Assembly (NCBI GenBank): GCA_002269645.1
Contig: NIVC01003886.1
Coordinates: 1 to 64,000 of the forward strand
Reading direction: 5' to 3'
DNA: 64,000 nucleotides
DNA from: Macrostomum lignano
Taxonomy: Eukaryota
Part shown: positions 61,167 through 64,000 of the stretch, one piece after another
Numbering within the stretch: position 1 is the first letter of the stretch
How the letters are laid out: each line of letters opens with the position of its first letter
The notes under the pieces: generated by a model
What the model was told of the DNA's origin: nothing
The model's database searches: none
Seen by the model: the letters and a program-made list of their open reading frames with translations, nothing else
Made by a program: the position numbers and the translations under genes

Positions 61167-61686
61167 GCTGCAGGCAATGATTAGCACGCATCACGTGACT
61201 AGAAATCCGCGTCTAAAAGACTGCTTTGAAGAGTTTCCTGAAGGACAGCGTCAAAAAAATTCCTGGCGCTGCCTTCTACTGTCTAATCTGTTAAGCGATC
61301 GCATCGATGATGAAGGAACAAAGGAGCCGGCGTTTTTCTTCTCGGGTAGCAACTACGATAGGTGGCTGGCTATTAACGTGTACGCAGTCGCTTGTCCCCT
61401 TATTGACTGTCGCAGCGACGAGGAGAGCTATGCTAAATATGACCGATTGCGCAATGCCTTAATCGACGCTATCAATCCTATAGATAAGAAATCTAAGCGC
61501 GACTCAATCTGGATGTGCTCCTGTTGGTCTCGGGGTCACCTGGTGCACGATCAATTATTAACTAGAATCAACGTGGAAGGCTGGTCATTGGCCGAGGCTC
61601 TGAAAAAATGGTACTTCAATGATCAGCCAATGAAGCTGCATTTGGTTGATGGAGCATTTCCGTCTAATCCTACTTGTCCAGTTTGA
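61167..61686 (+). CDS. Notum/PAE-like, exon 3 (terminal)
   Basis: aattcacag|G is the nearby phase-2 acceptor; SNYDRW, SCWSRGH and terminal LVDGAFPSNPTCP match the family C-terminus; total CDS 1257 nt = 418 aa. Confidence 0.85.
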
Positions 61687-61784
61687 TTGGTGGAATGCGT
61701 ACTTTAATTACAAGATTTGCAATGTATATAAAGTATATTGGTTCTAATCTACTAAGTTCGAGTTTCATAAGCTAGTGCTATAAA

Positions 61785-62037
61785 TATACCTTTGCAATCT
61801 CCACTTTGGCAAAAGTGATGGGGGGCATCACAAACCCGAAAAATCACAACTCCGAAAAGCGTTCGATAATTGCAAAGATTTAAACACAAGACTCGGTCAA
61901 TGTTACTGTTACTGTTGAAGGCACTGAAAGCCATCAGTGATCAGTTTATTTGTACGCTCGTAGGTGAGGCAGCTGGATCGATTGTGTTTGCCAAAATTTT
62001 AGTCACTTTTGCCAAAAGTGAAGATTGAAACGGTATA
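61785..62037. mobile_element. MITE with ~35-bp TIRs
   Basis: tatacctttgcaatctccactttggcaaaagtga versus reverse complement tataccgtttcaatcttcacttttggcaaaagtga; TA at both ends. Confidence 0.75.
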
Positions 62038-62404
62038 ATATTGTATTTTCTTTTACCTATTAGCACACGATGAAAGCAGTCATTTGCGTCATTTCGATTC
62101 TCCGCTTTCATGTCGGGTGTATAAATAGCACGTATATATAGTGTTTTTGCAGTCTAGTTGGAACTTTTTAACGACTCAAATGTCAAACGACTGTCATGCG
62201 ACGAAGAGGCGACTGTTGTGTCACGAGCGCGTCACGTGAGTTGTAGAACCTCAAAGAGTCACGAAAAAGTCGTCAATATCTCTTTAACCTTCTATTCATT
62301 CAAGTAGATTTACTAGAGTTGTTATAAATGCGAAATGCTACTTTAAATGCTACAGAAGATAGGATTTGAGCCATAGACTAATAATAATTTGAAGGCTGCG
62401 TACG

Positions 62405-62599
62405 GCTGTTCAGTCCAAGGACTGGGGGGGGGGTCGCCACACACAGCCTCAGTTACCCCAGCTAATGCTGGCACCCATTTCACAGATGAGTGAACTGAAG
62501 CAATGCAGAGTTAAGTGTCTTGTCCAAGGAGACAATTGTTTCGAGTGGATCGAGAAAAGAACCCAAAGTCCGACGCTCTAACCACTAGGCTACAACCCT
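62405..62599 (-). mobile_element. tRNA-derived SINE, second copy (B box decayed)
   Basis: Reverse complement gtagcctagtggttagagcgtcggact...ttggacaagacacttaactctgcattgcttcagttcactcatctgtgaaatgggtgccagcattag. Confidence 0.85.
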
Positions 62600-63171
62600 C
62601 TTTAGAAATAAGTAGCATATGACGTTAGTAGTGAGTATGCAGAAGACTACAAAATGTCTGTTCCAGCCCTAAATTTTCATCTGCAAATTCAACTTACAAA
62701 GCGTTTTCAAAATTCACATAATGTTTTCCATGGTGCTGCAGTTGTTCTGCTTTTGAACAAAGCAAAACTAGCAAATAGCATTTAGTATGTCTAATTACTT
62801 TTCGAGCGCAGCCTGACATCTGATCTATTTTGAGCTCTCGCAGTAAAACTGTAACATCCGTTTTGACTTTTTTTATCGTCAGTGGTAAGATTAAAACGAA
62901 TCAGTAAAGAGCAAGCATTGAGCACAGGTTTGAGTATATTAGAGAATGAAAATTCAGTGTGCCAGACTGGCTTATCTGCATTCCTGTTTCATATTGTACA
63001 TAAACTGCTTTTTTATCGTCAATAAATATTTTATGGTCAAATATATCTATATCCTTCTATTATAATTTGAATTTGGAACTTTGCTTCTTTAAAAAAATCG
63101 TCTTTTTAGTTTTGATGCAGTTAAAACTGCCACATGCAGTTCAGTCCCTGAGGTCCAATTGCCTCTGACTT

Positions 63172-63680
63172 TCTCCCATCTGACTCTACCATTTGACTCT
63201 AATTGTCTCTAACATTGACTCTACCTGTCTCCCATCTGACTCTACCATTGACTCTACCTTTCTCCCATCTGACTCTATCATTGACTCTACCTGTCTCCCA
63301 TCTGACTCTACCATTGACTCTACCTTTCTCCCATCTGACTCTATCATTGACTCTACCTGCCTCCCATCTGACTCTACCATTGACTCTACCTGTCTTTTAT
63401 CTGACTCTACCATTGACTCTACCTGCCTCCCATCTGACTCTACCATTGACTCTACCTGTCTTTTATCTGACTCTACCATTGACTCTACCTGTCTTTTATC
63501 TGACTCTACCATTGACTCTACCTGCCTCTCATCTGACTCTACCATTGACTCTACCTGTCTTTTATCTGACTCTACCATTGACTCTACCTGCCTCCCATCT
63601 GACTCTACCATTGACTCTACCTGTCTCTCATCTGACTCTACCATTGACTCTACCTGTCTCCAATCTGTCTCTACCTGTCC
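63172..63680. repeat. 33-bp minisatellite (tctgactctaccattgactctacctgtctccca), about 14 units
   Basis: Tandem units with an internal gactctacc sub-repeat; explains the three repeat ORFs. Confidence 0.95.
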
Positions 63681-63961
63681 ACCTCCCCACCTAGACTCTA
63701 CTAGTCTGTCACGCTTATCCGACTTTCCTAGCACTATGTTTCTGTTTACCCACTATTCTAAAAATAGCATTGGATAATGACGCGCCAGCCATTCGGACTG
63801 ATAGCCACATAAGTTCAGATTATTTTCACACTCGTTTTTTTTATGCCAACCCCAGCCCTCCTGCTAGACCGCACTCGCTAGTATGACTGCTTGTTGGTCA
63901 TAAGTATTTAATTAATAAGGTTTTAATTTAACTAATTAGTAGACTAAACTGAGCATTGCTA

Positions 63962-63975
63962 AATGCCATGGCAAC
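63962..63975. promoter_or_regulatory. Possible RFX X-box
   Basis: AATGCCATGGCAAC, 12/14 to GTTGCCATGGCAAC, at the edge of a GC-richer patch. Confidence 0.3.
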
Positions 63976-64000
63976 CGGCGGTCGGGATCAAGACAACGAC

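Overview
Metazoan genomic DNA with AT-rich GT-AG introns and GC-rich, Ala/Gly/Gln-run-rich exons. A Macrostomum-like flatworm host is a low-confidence guess from composition only. Three genes are present: (1) the 3' end of a + strand SLC26/SulP anion transporter (STAS domain plus tail), broken by three apparent 1-nt deletions; (2) a complete - strand UNC-80 gene (NALCN channelosome subunit), 54131->5505, which I assembled by hand into 26 phase-consistent exons (11001 nt, about 3666 aa); (3) a divergently transcribed + strand 3-exon Notum/pectin-acetylesterase-family gene (418 aa) that has an N-terminal membrane anchor or signal and appears to lack the catalytic Ser and His. The strongest leads are: a 49-nt inverted copy of unc80 exon 13 inside intron 14, resembling an ADAR editing-complementary sequence; the putative catalytically dead Notum-like protein; a ~1.47-kb tandem duplication that doubles exon 12 and creates a frame-preserving chimeric exon (real or an assembly artefact); and a hammerhead-ribozyme relic at the 3' end of a Penelope fragment. 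Introns and flanks also carry Tc1/IS630 and Harbinger relics, tRNA-derived SINEs, MITEs, minisatellites and GATA arrays. All alignments were done by eye against remembered family motifs; no database searches were run.
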